Made by a program: the position numbers and the translations under genes. Positions 12,883 through 25,100 of a stretch of 64,000 bases of DNA are shown here, one piece after another. The stretch lies in NCBI GenBank assembly GCA_002269645.1, contig NIVC01002792.1:1-64000 (forward strand), written 5' to 3'. The DNA comes from Macrostomum lignano (taxonomy: Eukaryota). Each line of letters begins with the position of its first letter. The first letter of the stretch is position 1. Below the pieces are notes generated by a model. It searched no databases, was not told the origin of the DNA, and saw only the letters and a program-made list of their open reading frames with translations.

Positions 12883-13691
12883 TAGGCGCGTCGTCACCGG
12901 GGGGACAGGGGGGATGCATGCTTTGTCTCCCATCCCACCTTGTGACCCGTTGTGGTAATCAATAATTTTTCTTCAGTGCGCCAAAATGAATGCCTGCGGC
13001 GCCAAAATGAGTGCCTGCGGCGCCAAAATGAGTGCCTGTGGCGCCAAAATGAGTGCCTGCGGCGCCAAAAGGAATGCCTGTGGCGCTAAAATGAGTGCCT
13101 GCGGCGCCAAAATGAGTGCCTGCGGCGCCAAAATGAGTGCCTGTGGCGCTAAAATGAGTGCCTGCGGCGCCAAAATGAGTGCCTGCGGCGCCAAAATGAG
13201 TGCCTGCGGCGCTAAAATGAGTGCCTGCGGCGCCAAAATGAGTGCCTGCGGCGCCAAAATGAGTGCCTGCGGCGCCAAAATGAGTGCCTGTGGCGCCAAA
13301 AGGAATGCCTGTGGCGCTAAAATGAGTGCCTGCGGCGCCAAAATGAGTGCCTGCGGCGCCAAAAGGAATGCCTGTGGCGCTAAAATGAGTGCCTGCGGCG
13401 CCAAAATGAGTGCCTGCGGCGCCAAAATGAGTGCCTGCGGCGCCAAAATGAGTGCCTGCGGCGCTAAAATGAGTGCCTGCGGTGCCAAAATGAGTGCCTG
13501 CGGCGCCAAAAGGAATGCCTGTGGCGCTAAAATGAGTGTCTGCGGCGCCAAAATGAGTGCCTGCGGCGCCAAAATGAGTGCCTGCGGCGCCAAAATGAGT
13601 GCCTGCGGCGCCAAAATGAGGGCCCGCGGCCCCAAAAGGGATGCCTGCGGCGCCAAAAAAAGGTTTTTATCCTTGAAATTCAACGCCAGTG
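12883..13691. mobile_element. MITE-like element carrying an expanded 21-bp array (GCCTGCGGCGCCAAAATGAGT)n
   Basis: The left end (GCGTCGTCACCGGGGGGACAGGGGGG...ATGCTTTGTC...ACCTTGTGACCCGT) and the repeat unit are shared with 28832-29507. It fills the intron 12720-13730. Confidence 0.7.
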
Positions 13692-13730
13692 TACGTCGTA
13701 CATAAAAGTTGTGCATGCACATATACTCAC

Positions 13731-14182
13731 CGTCGGTCGGTCACAAATATATAGTTGCCGGTCAGCACCAAGCTGGTGAGGTACCTGTGCCAGATTTCGT
13801 ACTGATCAAGCACCTGGCCACGACGATTCGCCTTAACCAGCTTGCCGTAAGGATTCGTGAGAAACACGACGAACTCGTCGTTAACTGCCAGCGACGTGGC
13901 CGTGAGAAGCCAGGCCTGCACGCTGCGGTCCACCTTGAAGTTGTCGGCTCGGATCGCGAAGTTGCTGACAAATCCGTGATGCGGGTGCAACGCAAGCAGC
14001 CGATTCTTGGACCTGTCCAGTTCCAGCATCTCGACCGGCTCGGTGATGAATGATTCATGGAATTGAAGGTAAAGCGACTCGTCAGTGCTATCTCTGGATT
14101 GTGCGCTTGCCGAAACCACTGCATCGGTCATTATTTGGACAATACTCACTTCTCTTTGGTATAGCTGATTAGTAAAGTGCAA
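13731..14182 (-). CDS. Beta-propeller protein, upstream exon (true start uncertain)
   Basis: ORF with LELDRSKNRLLALHP, SLAVNDEFVVFLTNP and SLVLTGNYIFVTDR. Donor CG|GTGAGT at 13730. Confidence 0.6.
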
Positions 14183-14404
14183 TTTACTTTGATTAAGGTT
14201 TTATAAGTTCCTTAATATTTAGCCCGAGGTTTGCAAAAGCATTGCCCCTAGATCGGTTAGTCTATGTGCTGCGGCTTTCACGCAGTGCGATGGAACGTTG
14301 AAGACTTGCAGCATTACAAACTATATGATATATACTTATAGACGTCCAATGCATATCCGGAATGTAACAAACCGCTATGCTGTATATAAACTAACCTGCT
14401 AATC

Positions 14405-15575
14405 TCTGTCAGCTGGCAACAACACCCTCTGATCTCTCTAGCTAGCAACAAACACCCTCTGATCTCTCTAGCTAGCAACAACACCCTCTGATCTTCCTAG
14501 CTGGCAACAACACCATCTGATCTCTCTAGCTGGCAACAAACACCCTCTGATCTTCCTAGCTGGCAACAACATCCTCTGATCTTCCTAGCTGGCAACAACA
14601 CCCTCTGATCTCTCTAGCTGGCAACAACACCCTCTGATCTCTCTAGCTGGCAACAACACCCTCTGATCTCTCTAGCTGGCAACAAACACCCTCTGATCTC
14701 TCTAGCTGGTAACAAACACCCTCTGATCTCTGATCTCTCTAGCTGGCAACAAACACCCTCTGATCTTCCTAGCTGGCAACAACACCCTCTGATCTCTCTA
14801 GCTGGCAACAAACACCCTCTGATCTCTCTAGCTGGCAACAAACACCCTCTGATCTCTCTAGCTGGCAACAAACACCCTCTGATCTCTCTAGCTGGCAACA
14901 AACACCTGATCTCTCTAGCTGGTAACAAACACCCTCTGATCTCTGATCTCTCTAGCTGGCAACAACACCCTCTGATCTCTCTAGCTGGCAACAAACACCC
15001 TCTGATCTCTCTAGCTGGCAACAAACACCCTCTGATCTCTCTAGCTGGCAACAAACACCTGATCTCTCTAGCTGGTAACAAACACCCTCTGATCTCTGAT
15101 CTCTCTAGCTGGCAACAACACCCTCTGATCTCTCTAGCTGGCAACAAACACCCTCTGATCTCTGATCTCTCTAGCTGGCAACAACACCCTCTGATCTCTC
15201 TAGCTGGTAACAAACACCCTCTGATCTCTGATCTCTCTAGCTGGCAACAACACCCTCTGATCTCTCTAGCTGGCAACGAACACCCTCTGATCTCTCTAGC
15301 TGGCAACGAACACCCTCTGATCTCTCTAGCTGGCAACAACACCCTCTGATCTCTCTAGCTGGCAACAACACCCTCTGATCTCTCTAGCTGGCAACAACAC
15401 CCTCTGATCTCTCTAGCTGGCAACAACACCCTCTGATCTCTCTAGCTGGCAACAACACCCTCTGATCTCTCTAGCTGGCAACAACACCCTCTGATCTCTC
15501 TAGCTGGCAACAACACCCTCTGATCTCTCTAGCTGGCAACGAACACCCTCTGATCTCTCTAGCTGGCAACACACT
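14405..15575. repeat. 29-30 bp minisatellite (CTAGCTGGCAACAACACCCTCTGATCTCT)n
   Basis: Period read directly. Confidence 0.96.
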
Positions 15576-16276
15576 CCACTGTACCTGGCTGGTTAAGATT
15601 CGTCTATCTAGCCTAACAAAATTATGATGTAATATGGAAGCAAACGCTGTCATTTAAGGTTATTACAGACATACGGACGTACCGCGGCATTCAAAACACT
15701 TTGTAGGCAGCATTAGAAACATTAGGCAGCATTAGAAACATTAGTCTCTTTTTGTATAGTCTAATTTCAGAGCGGATTAGTCTCAACTTACAGCATGATG
15801 CCGCTCGGTTTTACGTAATAAATATTATATTTTGATGCATAATTTAAGTAAAAATCAAAACTGGAGGATCAGATCACGACAGAACAGGTGAGAGTAAAAA
15901 ATTAGACAGAGCAAAAATCTTCAACTTTGCTTTTCTGTTCGATTAAAGAGCGAGCAAACAAAGGCATTAGTATAGCTTTGTTCAACAGCAGGTTCAACGG
16001 CATGAAAGTAGCATTTGTGACGGGAAATGGCGATTTTTGAAGGATTTTCATCGGTCTTGCTTAGGACTTACGAGCCTCAATGACATCTCCATGGCCACTA
16101 GTTTTATGCTTGTATTCACTTGGTTCTGCAAACATCATTCTGTTTTTGTCTCACTGTCTGCTTGTGGGGAAAGTTGCGCATTAAAGCCAACAAAATATCA
16201 ACACCTTTTCGTTAAATAAAGTGATACAAAACCGCGTTCCGCTCTGTTTACACATCGCATCGTAGCGCGCATGAGT

Positions 16277-17383
16277 TTAAATCTCGATAGGCTTCGGCCG
16301 CGGCTTCCTGATGTGCCGCATGTTGGAGCCCGGCTCAGTCGGCTTGAACGGCGCGTGACCGCCGTAGGGCCTTGGGATTGGCAGCTCCACCTCGTCGTTG
16401 GGGATGTAGGCGTTGGGCCGCGGCTCGGCCGTCGTGACGCCGCCATGGCCGAGCACGAACTGCTCCTGCTGGGCCGCCTGCGCCTGCGCCTCCTGCCGCT
16501 CCGTCCGCCGTCTGTCATCCACCATGCGCGACTTCAGCCACTCGGCCTCGATGTCTTCGGAGGGCGGCTCGCCGCGTTCCATTCGCTGATAGCAGGACTG
16601 CAGGTACTGCTGCTTGTCGCGCACCTGCTGCTGCAGTTGCATAGCTGTGCTCATTAGCATCGTTAGCTCAGCGGTGCCGGCCTTCATGCGCTTAGTGACC
16701 GTGCCCATGCGGAACTTGTAGCCATTGACCTCCTTGGCTAGAGCCAGGGTGTCGTGCTGGCCAGCCTTGCTGCGCCGTTCCAGCTGCTCAGCCAGCCGGC
16801 TGACCGCCTCCAGCAGCAGCTGTCGCTCCAGCAGTTGTTCCTCCTTGGCGGCCAGCCGGATCTCCATGTCCTCACACTTGTTGTGCAGTTCGATGGGGCC
16901 CGGGTCGGCGCCCTCCAGGTAGCGCAGTCGGCCAGCGTGGGTCGGATCCTCCGTGCGCGACTCCATCTGCAGCAGACGATCCTGACAGATGCTCAGCTGG
17001 ATTTGCAGCACAGTCAGCTCGTCCTCGACTTGGCGCTTCTTCGGCACCTTCTTCTTGGCCAGCTGAACCTGGCGCTCCTCTTCTTTCAGCTGGAGGCGCA
17101 GGAAGTCGAGCTCCTCCTCGCGCTGGCGCAGCTCCAATTCGCCGCGCTGGATGACAGCCTCCTGGACGCGGACCTTCTCTTGCAGCACGTAGACTTCTTC
17201 GTTGCGCTCGATCAGCTGAACGGCGCGGTCGTTCAGCAGCTGGACGGCGCGATCCGATTGCTTTCGCAGCTGAACCATAGCCTCCTCGGAAGCGTTCACC
17301 AGCCCGTTGAGCTGGTTGATGTCCAGCTTGAGCTGCTCGCGCACCTCGTTCTGCTCGTCGTCGCTATGGCGCTGCTTACTTAC
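16277..17383 (-). CDS. CCDC146: Coiled-coil domain-containing protein 146 (motile cilia), exon 2
   Basis: Acceptor CCTAG| at 17384-17385, in frame with exon 1. The C-terminus TTAEPRPNAYIP..ELPIPRPYGGHAPFKPTEPGSNMRHIRKP is characteristic of CCDC146. Confidence 0.9.
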   Translation of the reverse strand, partial: VSKQRHSDDEQNEVREQLKLDINQLNGLVNASEEAMVQLRKQSDRAVQLLNDRAVQLIERNEEVYVLQEKVRVQEAVIQRGELELRQREEELDFLRLQLKEEERQVQLAKKKVPKKRQVEDELTVLQIQLSICQDRLLQMESRTEDPTHAGRLRYLEGADPGPIELHNKCEDMEIRLAAKEEQLLERQLLLEAVSRLAEQLERRSKAGQHDTLALAKEVNGYKFRMGTVTKRMKAGTAELTMLMSTAMQLQQQVRDKQQYLQSCYQRMERGEPPSEDIEAEWLKSRMVDDRRRTERQEAQAQAAQQEQFVLGHGGVTTAEPRPNAYIPNDEVELPIPRPYGGHAPFKPTEPGSNMRHIRKPRPKPIEI

Positions 17384-17538
17384 CTAGGGATGTAAGGACA
17401 CCGGGTGAAGCAGTTTTGTATGGCTTGCAACGGTTAAGCATCACTGTTACGCATACACCTCATCATATTATACTCTACATATACATGTAGACTGTCTTGA
17501 ATAGCAAATAAATTCCCCCCTTCCAGTCTAAAACGTAC

Positions 17539-19416
17539 ATCATTTCGCAGCTGGTCTCGCATCACTATCGAGTTGGCGTGCCGCAGACGCAGCTTCTGCA
17601 AATGCTTCTCCCGCGTGCCGATGTTCGTTCGCAGAATTTCAACCTCGTTCTCCAGGATGCGAATCTTCTCGCGCATCTCCGCCGCCTTCTGAGCGGCTAC
17701 TTGGACGAGGCTGACGCACTTGTTGCGCTCGTTTTTGATGACGTCGTACAGCTTAGCGAAGTCCTTTAGCTTCACTTCCAGCTCGCGGTGCTTCTTCTGG
17801 TGGTCCTGAATTTGCAGCTGTCGGCTCTTTAGGTCTTCGATCACCCGCTTGTGTCGCATCTCGGCTTTCATGAAGTCCCTCGCCTTCTGCTCCCGTTCGT
17901 CGGCTTTGATCGCGGCCAGGCGGGTAAGCTCAATCACCTCGATGCGCAGGTCCTGCAGCTTGTACTGAAGCCGCTCCTCGTCCTCGATGCTCTGCGTCAC
18001 CTTCACCTGCTCCGCCGATGTTAGCGTCGTCTCCTGGGCAACGTTTCGCCTGAAATCTTCGACTTCCTTGTCCAAGACCGTCTTCCGCTTCACCATGGAG
18101 CCATCATCGCGGGGCACGCTATCATAGTTCTGCTTGGTCTTCTCGTGCACTTGAGTGACCAGGGCAAGCGCGTCTTCGCTGGCCTTCTGCTGCAGCTGCG
18201 CTTTCTTTAGCGACTTGAGTTCCCGTTCCTTCTCGCGCGCTTTCCGGCTGTGCGTCTCCATCAGGTTGCGGCGCTCCAGATTCAAGTGGCGCAGGTTCAT
18301 GTCGATGGTGGCCCTGTCTGTCACTACGGTCATCTCTTTCTGACGCAGCTCCTCCAGGTCGCCGTTGATTTTGTCTAGCGTTTCCTGGCTCTTTGTGTTG
18401 CTGGCAACCTGCTGGGTGGCGTCGTGCTTCACGGTCTCCAGGTCTTTGGCCAGCCGTCGGGAGGCCTCCTCCAAGCTCTCCAGTTGCTTCTGCATGCCGT
18501 CGATCTCATTTTGACGCTCTCTAGTTTCCTTTTCGATGTCAGTTTTCTGCTTTCGTACTCGCTCTGTCTCCTTGTTTAGCTGATTGGGCAAGCCGCTAAC
18601 TTTGATTAGGTCGGACTTTTTCTGGTCCAAGTATTCCTTAACCTTTTCCAGCTCCTCGCGTAGCTCGGCGGTCTGCTGCTCCAGCTCGCGCTTAGCCTCA
18701 GTTGTTTTCTTCTGCTCTCGAATCCGCTTGCTGATATCGTCTTGCAGCTCCACCGTGTCCTGCTCAAGCTGCTTGCGCCGCTTCTCAATGTCGTCAGCTT
18801 TGGGAATTCTGTCATACTCGCGTTTGAGAATGTCCCGCTCCTCCTTGAGACACTGGATCTTGTACTCGAAGTCGTAGACCCTCTCTTCGGTCAGCAGCAG
18901 CTCATTGTTGTACTTAAGCAGAGTTTCGCGAAATTTCTCTGCCTCAGAAGAGACATTGTCCGGGAAATTGTCCTGCTTGCCCAGTTCAGCCCGTTGGTGC
19001 TCCAGCTCCAGGGTGTGCTGTTTGGCTTGCTGAAGCAGCTGAAACTCTGAGTCGCGCGATCGCTTCAAGAACTCGAACAGCTGCATGTACTTCGCCTTGA
19101 AGATGGCCACCTCAGTGCCAGTCAGTTTTCCCTGATTGAACATGTCGTCAAGGTTCTTGAATGCCGGGCTGTTGCTCACTGTCAGCTGGCCCTCAGACTC
19201 CAGCGTTGCCTTCGTTGGCGGCAGCGCGTACACTGGGGCCTCGTAGTCGTCGTCGACGTCCGGTAGGTCACCGCTGTCGGCCGGACTAGTCGGCTCCAGG
19301 CCGAAAGCGTCCTCGTCGTCCGCATCTTCGTCCTGCTGCAGATCTGCAGGCAGCTCCTCCTCTTCCTCGTCTGGGCCTCGCCTTGCGGGGTCGTCTTCGT
19401 CACCAAGCGATGCCAT
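17539..19416 (-). CDS. CCDC146: CCDC146, exon 1
   Basis: Acidic N-terminus, then SPAFKNLDDMFNQGKLTGTEVAIFKAKY...DNFPDNVSSEAEKFRETLLKYNNE and long coiled coils. Donor GAT|GTACGT at 17538 gives a 155-bp intron. Confidence 0.9.
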
Positions 19417-19610
19417 ATCGCCGTGACAGATGCAGTGTTACTCCTCGGCTAGCGTTTGTCGGCTAGAGAGCTTCGCTAAAAGAATTTAGGCTTTTAAAAA
19501 TACAAATCCTTCTTAGAAAGAAGCTTTGGAAGTTTTTTTACCTCAAGCCAGGTTTTCTAGCTATTTTCTTCTTTTGCTTGCAATGAAATATTGTGCATTC
19601 AAATTCGCGC

Positions 19611-19632
19611 CCTAGCAACCGGCCTTAGCGAC
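19611..19632 (-). promoter_or_regulatory. Putative RFX X-box half-sites upstream of CCDC146
   Basis: The minus strand reads GTCGCTAAGG-CCG-GTTGCTAGG, ~200 bp upstream of the ATG of a ciliary gene. Confidence 0.4.
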
Positions 19633-20181
19633 GGCGGCTTTCAGCGCGCATTTTCTTCTGGGTGAGCGGGCACGGGGCGGAGTGCTTGTCTAAAGTGTAC
19701 ACCTGAGCGCAGAGTGTACGGACTGTGGGTCTGGAGTATGAAAAGTGAACAAATACGCTCATACCCCCAGGTGAATTGGGCGAATGCTGGCAGATTCTGT
19801 CTCTCTCCTCTCCCCCCTCTCTTCACTCTCTTACCAGATGCATGTTCTCTCAGCCTTTAGTGTCAAGTGTAACACTGGCCCGCCCCTGCCGCTGGGCCCA
19901 ACCCGTCCCCTATGAGAGCAACTCTGAACGATCATAAAAATTGCAGATAGTAAAGCAAGACAAAATATACGATGCGCGAGCTAAATTGCCTACTGTTTAT
20001 TGAATTCTTAGTAGCAATTGTGGAGTTTCTTAATGTACATGCCACTTTTACCTGACACTTTTACCATGAAAGAAACCAAGAAAAGATGTGAAAAGCCGTC
20101 CACTGCATGGCAGAGAAAAAAATGAATTCTAAGTCTAAAACTTACATCATTTCGCAGCTGCTTCTTGAACGCCCCCCCCCT

Positions 20182-20270
20182 AAGCGGGCCGGATTACTGT
20201 TGTGAAGTTTCAAAGTACCGGAGGGCCAGATAGAGAGGCTCTTCGAGCCGCCCTTGGATTAGGCGAAAGC
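20182..20270. mobile_element. Fragment of the hAT-like MITE family seen at 44010-44715
   Basis: AGCGGGCCGGATTACTGTTGTGAAGTTTCAAAG...GATAGAGAGGCT aligns by eye with 44631-44700. Confidence 0.65.
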
Positions 20271-21359
20271 AGGAATAGGCCTCTGGATCTGATTCATGCT
20301 AGCCCGAGCATGTACTCACTTCGACTTGTCGACTTGTCGAACTGCTCTACACACGCGTATTCAAAACTTGTTCATTGAAGCTTTCAGTAAGCCTGGAGCG
20401 CAGATGGTCCTCTAACCATGTAGATCTATGTGTGTACCAACCATAATAGGCTACAGTCAGTAGAAGAACCTTATTGATTATGAAATTAAAGCTCGACAAA
20501 AGTTTCCAGTTTAGGTAGCCGACCATCGGCACCCATGACACGGTAAAGTCATGTATCGTCACATCGAGTGGAAGTCGGTGATGAAAAGTGATCGAAAAGC
20601 TCTTCAGCTCTATAAGGCTGATTATGATTCTGCAATTCTGTAGGTCTCTTTATAACTTGATGACCACTACGAATAATTGACAGTCAAACCTATAACCATA
20701 TCCAACAATTTAAGCCTTATACTCTTATCCTTATAAATTTATCATAAACATCTCGAATCCTAATTCTTTTGTATGATGAGGACGCACTTTTTCCCAAATC
20801 CCGCGCTAGCACATGGGCTCTGAACTTACTTGCCTACTAACAGTGGGCAGTGGGCATTTTTATCCTTTTTCTGCGAATTTTCATAAAATTTATACTAGAT
20901 ATAATGTCTGGTCATACTAGTAGTCATAATAACATAGGCGCAGCTTTTTGGGTCATAAATCATCGCTTTCGAAGCTGGTCTGACAGCCACCTGCGCCTCA
21001 CTCAGTGTTGAGGCGGGCGCCAGATGGTCTGAGAGGATGCGGGCGGTAGCTTTTTTTCTCATCATTTTGACAGGCCATCAAGATTTATGAGGTCAGAGCC
21101 TATTGTTCGGGTTCACTCAAGCGTGTGACAGCTTTGACAGCTATGCGTTTTACCCCTAAAAGTACTTTGGGATTAGCGATTAGCGATTTCTCTTCAGTAT
21201 CTTCACTTTCTATTTAATAAGAGCTTTCTAATGTATATTTTTTAATTAATTTCCGTCAATCCTACGCGAAAAGTCATAAATCATTTTGTTGCGATTTTGA
21301 GTGATTTATGGCCGCACCTGTCATCTTTTTACGACCCTGTGGGAACTGATAGGATCTCT

Positions 21360-21500
21360 CGGTCACGTGATTCCGGGTAGCAACAAGCTTAGCCAATCAG
21401 AAAATTCGGCGCTCATTTTAACAAAACGGCTCAGCCAATCAGAATCGACGTGTTCCATTATAACAAACTGCGGTCCAGTTGGCGGCTATTTAAACCGGTG
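21360..21500 (+). promoter_or_regulatory. Promoter/LTR-like motif cluster (E-box, two CCAAT boxes, TATA-like)
   Basis: GTCACGTGAT, AGCCAATCAG twice, then CTATTTAAA. No associated gene was identified. Confidence 0.3.
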
Positions 21501-22157
21501 TTTTTGGCCCGCTCGGACCTGGTCCTGTTCCGACTCTGGCCTGGTTCCTACTCCACCGGCCCGGAACTGACCGTCGTTTCTTGATCCCCGGATTGCGACT
21601 TCCCCCCATCATCATCAAGGACGAGTCCCCCGGTCATCAGCAGCGGACATAAAGTTAAGAGCATCACCTGCTAGCTAACAGCGAAGATTGTGACAGCATC
21701 ATCCCGAGTCTACAGCTGCAGAGCATCGAGCCGATTCGGTCACTGTGGATTACCTGGTCTCCGGCTGTTGAGTTTCTGATTGGTTGGGTGAGAGGCTACC
21801 TACACTTGCTTGATTGGGTGATCCCTTATCTGTCCCCTGTTTCAGTAGCTGAATTAGGTGCACACTTTTGCTCATTTTGTTCAGTAGTGCTGTTGCTGAG
21901 GCAGAAATCATTCAATAATACTGCTAGTAGTCTAAGACTCCAATTCAATCTGAAGTGTGAAGTGAACTAAGGAGAAGGTTAAATCTAACAGTTATTTTTA
22001 TCGGTTTTATTTCTTTGTTCGCCGATGGCTCAGATGAGTAGCTAAGCTAGTAGGCGCCGGTCTTGACTTTTGACTTAGCTGCAGGGCTGTCCCGGAGGGG
22101 ACACAGCGGGAAGGCGCGGGCGCCCATTCCGCTAGTCCCTGAACGGCCGACGCGTCG

Positions 22158-25100
22158 CTATGGACGGAGGGTTGGCGCCGCCCAGGGAGGTCCCCCAGTG
22201 TCGCCAGCAGCTATGGTGCTCTCTGGAAAGGAGAGTTCAGCCCTGCGGGTGGCCCGAAGGTAGCGCATGAGCTGATTAAAGTTTTCGGGTTTGCACGCTT
22301 CAGTAATAGATGTGTGTGGCCCGAGGTAAGTGAGTCTGGCCCGCGTGAAGGCGGGACAGATGCTGACGAAATGCTCAGCGGTTTCGTCACCTGAGTTGCA
22401 GAAACTACAGGTGGCGTTGGTGGCGTTGCCCTGCAGGTACTGGTGCCTGGAGAAGCAGCCGTGACCAGAGAGGGTCATGGTGGCAGCCCGGATGTCTCTG
22501 CGCGAGAGGCGCAAGAGGAGCTTCCGGAGCTGGTGAGAGGGCTGAGGGACAGCGCCTCTGGATTGCCTGCAGTTCGTGCGGTTCGCCCAAGTCGAGCGGT
22601 GCTGAGTCCTGATCCACGCTTTGATGCGCGAGTCGATGACACAGCCAGGAATCGGGACAAGAGGTTCGGGGCCGAGAGAGGAGCCGGAGGCACCAACTTT
22701 TGCAAGGGTGTCAGCCAACTCATTTCCTCGGATCCCCACATGCCCCGGAACCCACTTAAGGGTAATTTTGTTGGCGGAACCCAACATGTTGAGGAGTTTG
22801 ATACAGTCAAGGACTGTAGCAGAGTTGGTGCTGCAGCCACTGATGGCGTGCAAGGCAGCTTGGCTGTCCGAATGGAAAATGATGTTCTTACCAGTAACGC
22901 CAGTGGCGAGAAGCTCTGCAGTGCAGGAGCTGATGGCCAGAACTTCATTTTGGAAAACACTGGAGTTGACCCCAGTGTATTGAGCGTGGGTAGCGATGAC
23001 CCTCCCGTTCAGAAAGATTCCAACACCAAAGCCGGTGTTGGCTGACTGCTTAGAACCGTCGGTGTAGCAATGAAGCTCACCAGGGTTCCAATGGTCATTG
23101 ATGTTATCGCGCGAGTCGATAGCTACGGAGTAGCGCTGTCTCAGGTTGAGCGTTGAGGCAATGCCATCGGTGAAGACGCGATTGGCCTGACACTCGTTGA
23201 GAAAGTTGAGGCACAGATCGCTATGCGGGACAAGGTTCCGCTTAGCAGGTGCTCTCATGTAAATGAATTTGACGCCGGCATCAATTAGACGCCGCGTCGT
23301 TCTAGCCGCCTCACCCCTGATGAAGAGGTCAAGAGGCGGAAGATTAAGAAGGCCCCCATGCCAGCAAAGGGCGTGGACCTGGTGGCGTTGCAGATGAGCC
23401 TACACGCTCTGCCTTGGATCGTGTTGAGCAGGTCTGCATGGCTTTTGACCTGGGTAGCGCTAACCCAGACAACAGAGGCGTACGTAATGGCAGGTCTAAC
23501 TACGGAAGTATAGATCCACCAAAGCCGCTTTGGGGATAGACCCCAAGAAGTGCCAAGTGCTCGTCGGAGCTGGGCCAGGATGGCTGAGGCACGCTTAGCT
23601 TTTGCTTTCACGTGGAAGGACCAGTTGAGCCGGTGGTCAAGTGTGACCCCGAGACATCTGGTCTGGTGCGCGAAGGCAATATCTCTGCCGTAGAGCTGCA
23701 GAGGACGTATGTTCCAGCGTAGTCTGCTGGTAAACATAATGGCAACGGTTTTGGGCTCAGAGAGTTCCAAACCATTGTCATTGGCCCAGGATTCTGCTTT
23801 GCGGATAAAGCTCTGCATCAGATCCCTGAGCGTGCTGGGAGACGGTCCTGCCACAATGGCCGTGACGTCATCAGCATACCCGACTTTGAAGACGGGGTCA
23901 GGTCGGGAGTCACTCAGAAGAGCGTCCATGACCAGGTTCCAGAGCGTCGGGGTGAGGACTCCGCCTTGGGGTCCACCCTTACAGACTCTGGTGGAGGCAG
24001 TTTGCCCAAGAAGTTGGGCAGTGACCGTACGGTTGGAGATCATGTACATGATCCACCGTATGAGGGTAGCATGAGCTTTGCGATTTTGAAGGGCCCTCTG
24101 AAACGCTTCAAAGATAACGTTGTCGAAGGCGCCAACAATGTCAAGAAAGAGAGCCAGGGCGTAACCGTCACCCAGTACCGCCCGTTCAATCTTTTCGACA
24201 ATCGCATGCAGGGCGCTGTCAGTCGACCTCCCGGTACGGAAGGCGTGCTGATTATTGCTGAGGGGCATCGCTGTCAGCTCGCAGGAGAGCAGCCGCCAGA
24301 GAATAAGCCTCTCAGTGAGCTTAAGCATTGCTGACGTTAAGCTAATTGGCCGGAAGGCCTTGACGCTTTGGTAGTCACCCTTCCCAGGTTTGGGAATAAA
24401 GACTACTCGAGCTTCAGTCCAGCTTTTGGGAACGTATCCCAGCTGGATAGAGGCCCGCATAAGATTGCGGGTGAGTCTCAGGAACGAGGGTATCTTGGCT
24501 GCTTCACGAAGGAGAACAGGGTAGATACCATCAGGTCCAGGAGATTTGAAGGGTTTGAAGGTTCTGACCGCACGAGCGATTAGGTCTTCAGTGACAATGC
24601 CCGCCGCTAGGGTGGCTCCATCCATCGAATGGTTGGGCTCCGGTCTAGCAGTAGGTACCCTCGGGAAGAATGTGCTAAGCATATGCTGAAGCACTTCTTC
24701 AGGGTCTTTAGTAAGAGAGCCATCATCTTTTTTGATCATGGCTAATTTGGACATTTTGTCCATTGTAAGGGCCTTGACAAGCCTAGAAGTAGGTCTGTCT
24801 TGATCCAATTCATTGCAGAATTGGCGCCACTTACATTCCTTGGCCTTGCGCACTTCAGATTTGAAATTGCGGGAGGCTTGCCGGAAAAGCTCCATGTCCT
24901 CCGGGTTTCCGGTCTTCATGGCACGGCGATGAAGGCTTTTGGCCTTCCGCCTGAGTTTCCCCAGCTCCGGGTTCCACCACGGCGCCGAGGTCTTGCCTTT
25001 GTAGGCGCGAGCAGGACAAGCCGCTTCGTAGGCTTCAATAATGCAACCTGTCAGCGTCTCAGCCATATGATCCACATCCTCGCAGGTCTCAATCGGACGT

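Noticed and set aside
12973-13722. Long ORFs (LAPQALI)n / (MSACGAK)n, and similar ORFs in the arrays at 14.6, 35.9, 40-41 and 57-59 kb
   Set aside because: These are translations of tandem repeats inside introns or intergenic DNA.
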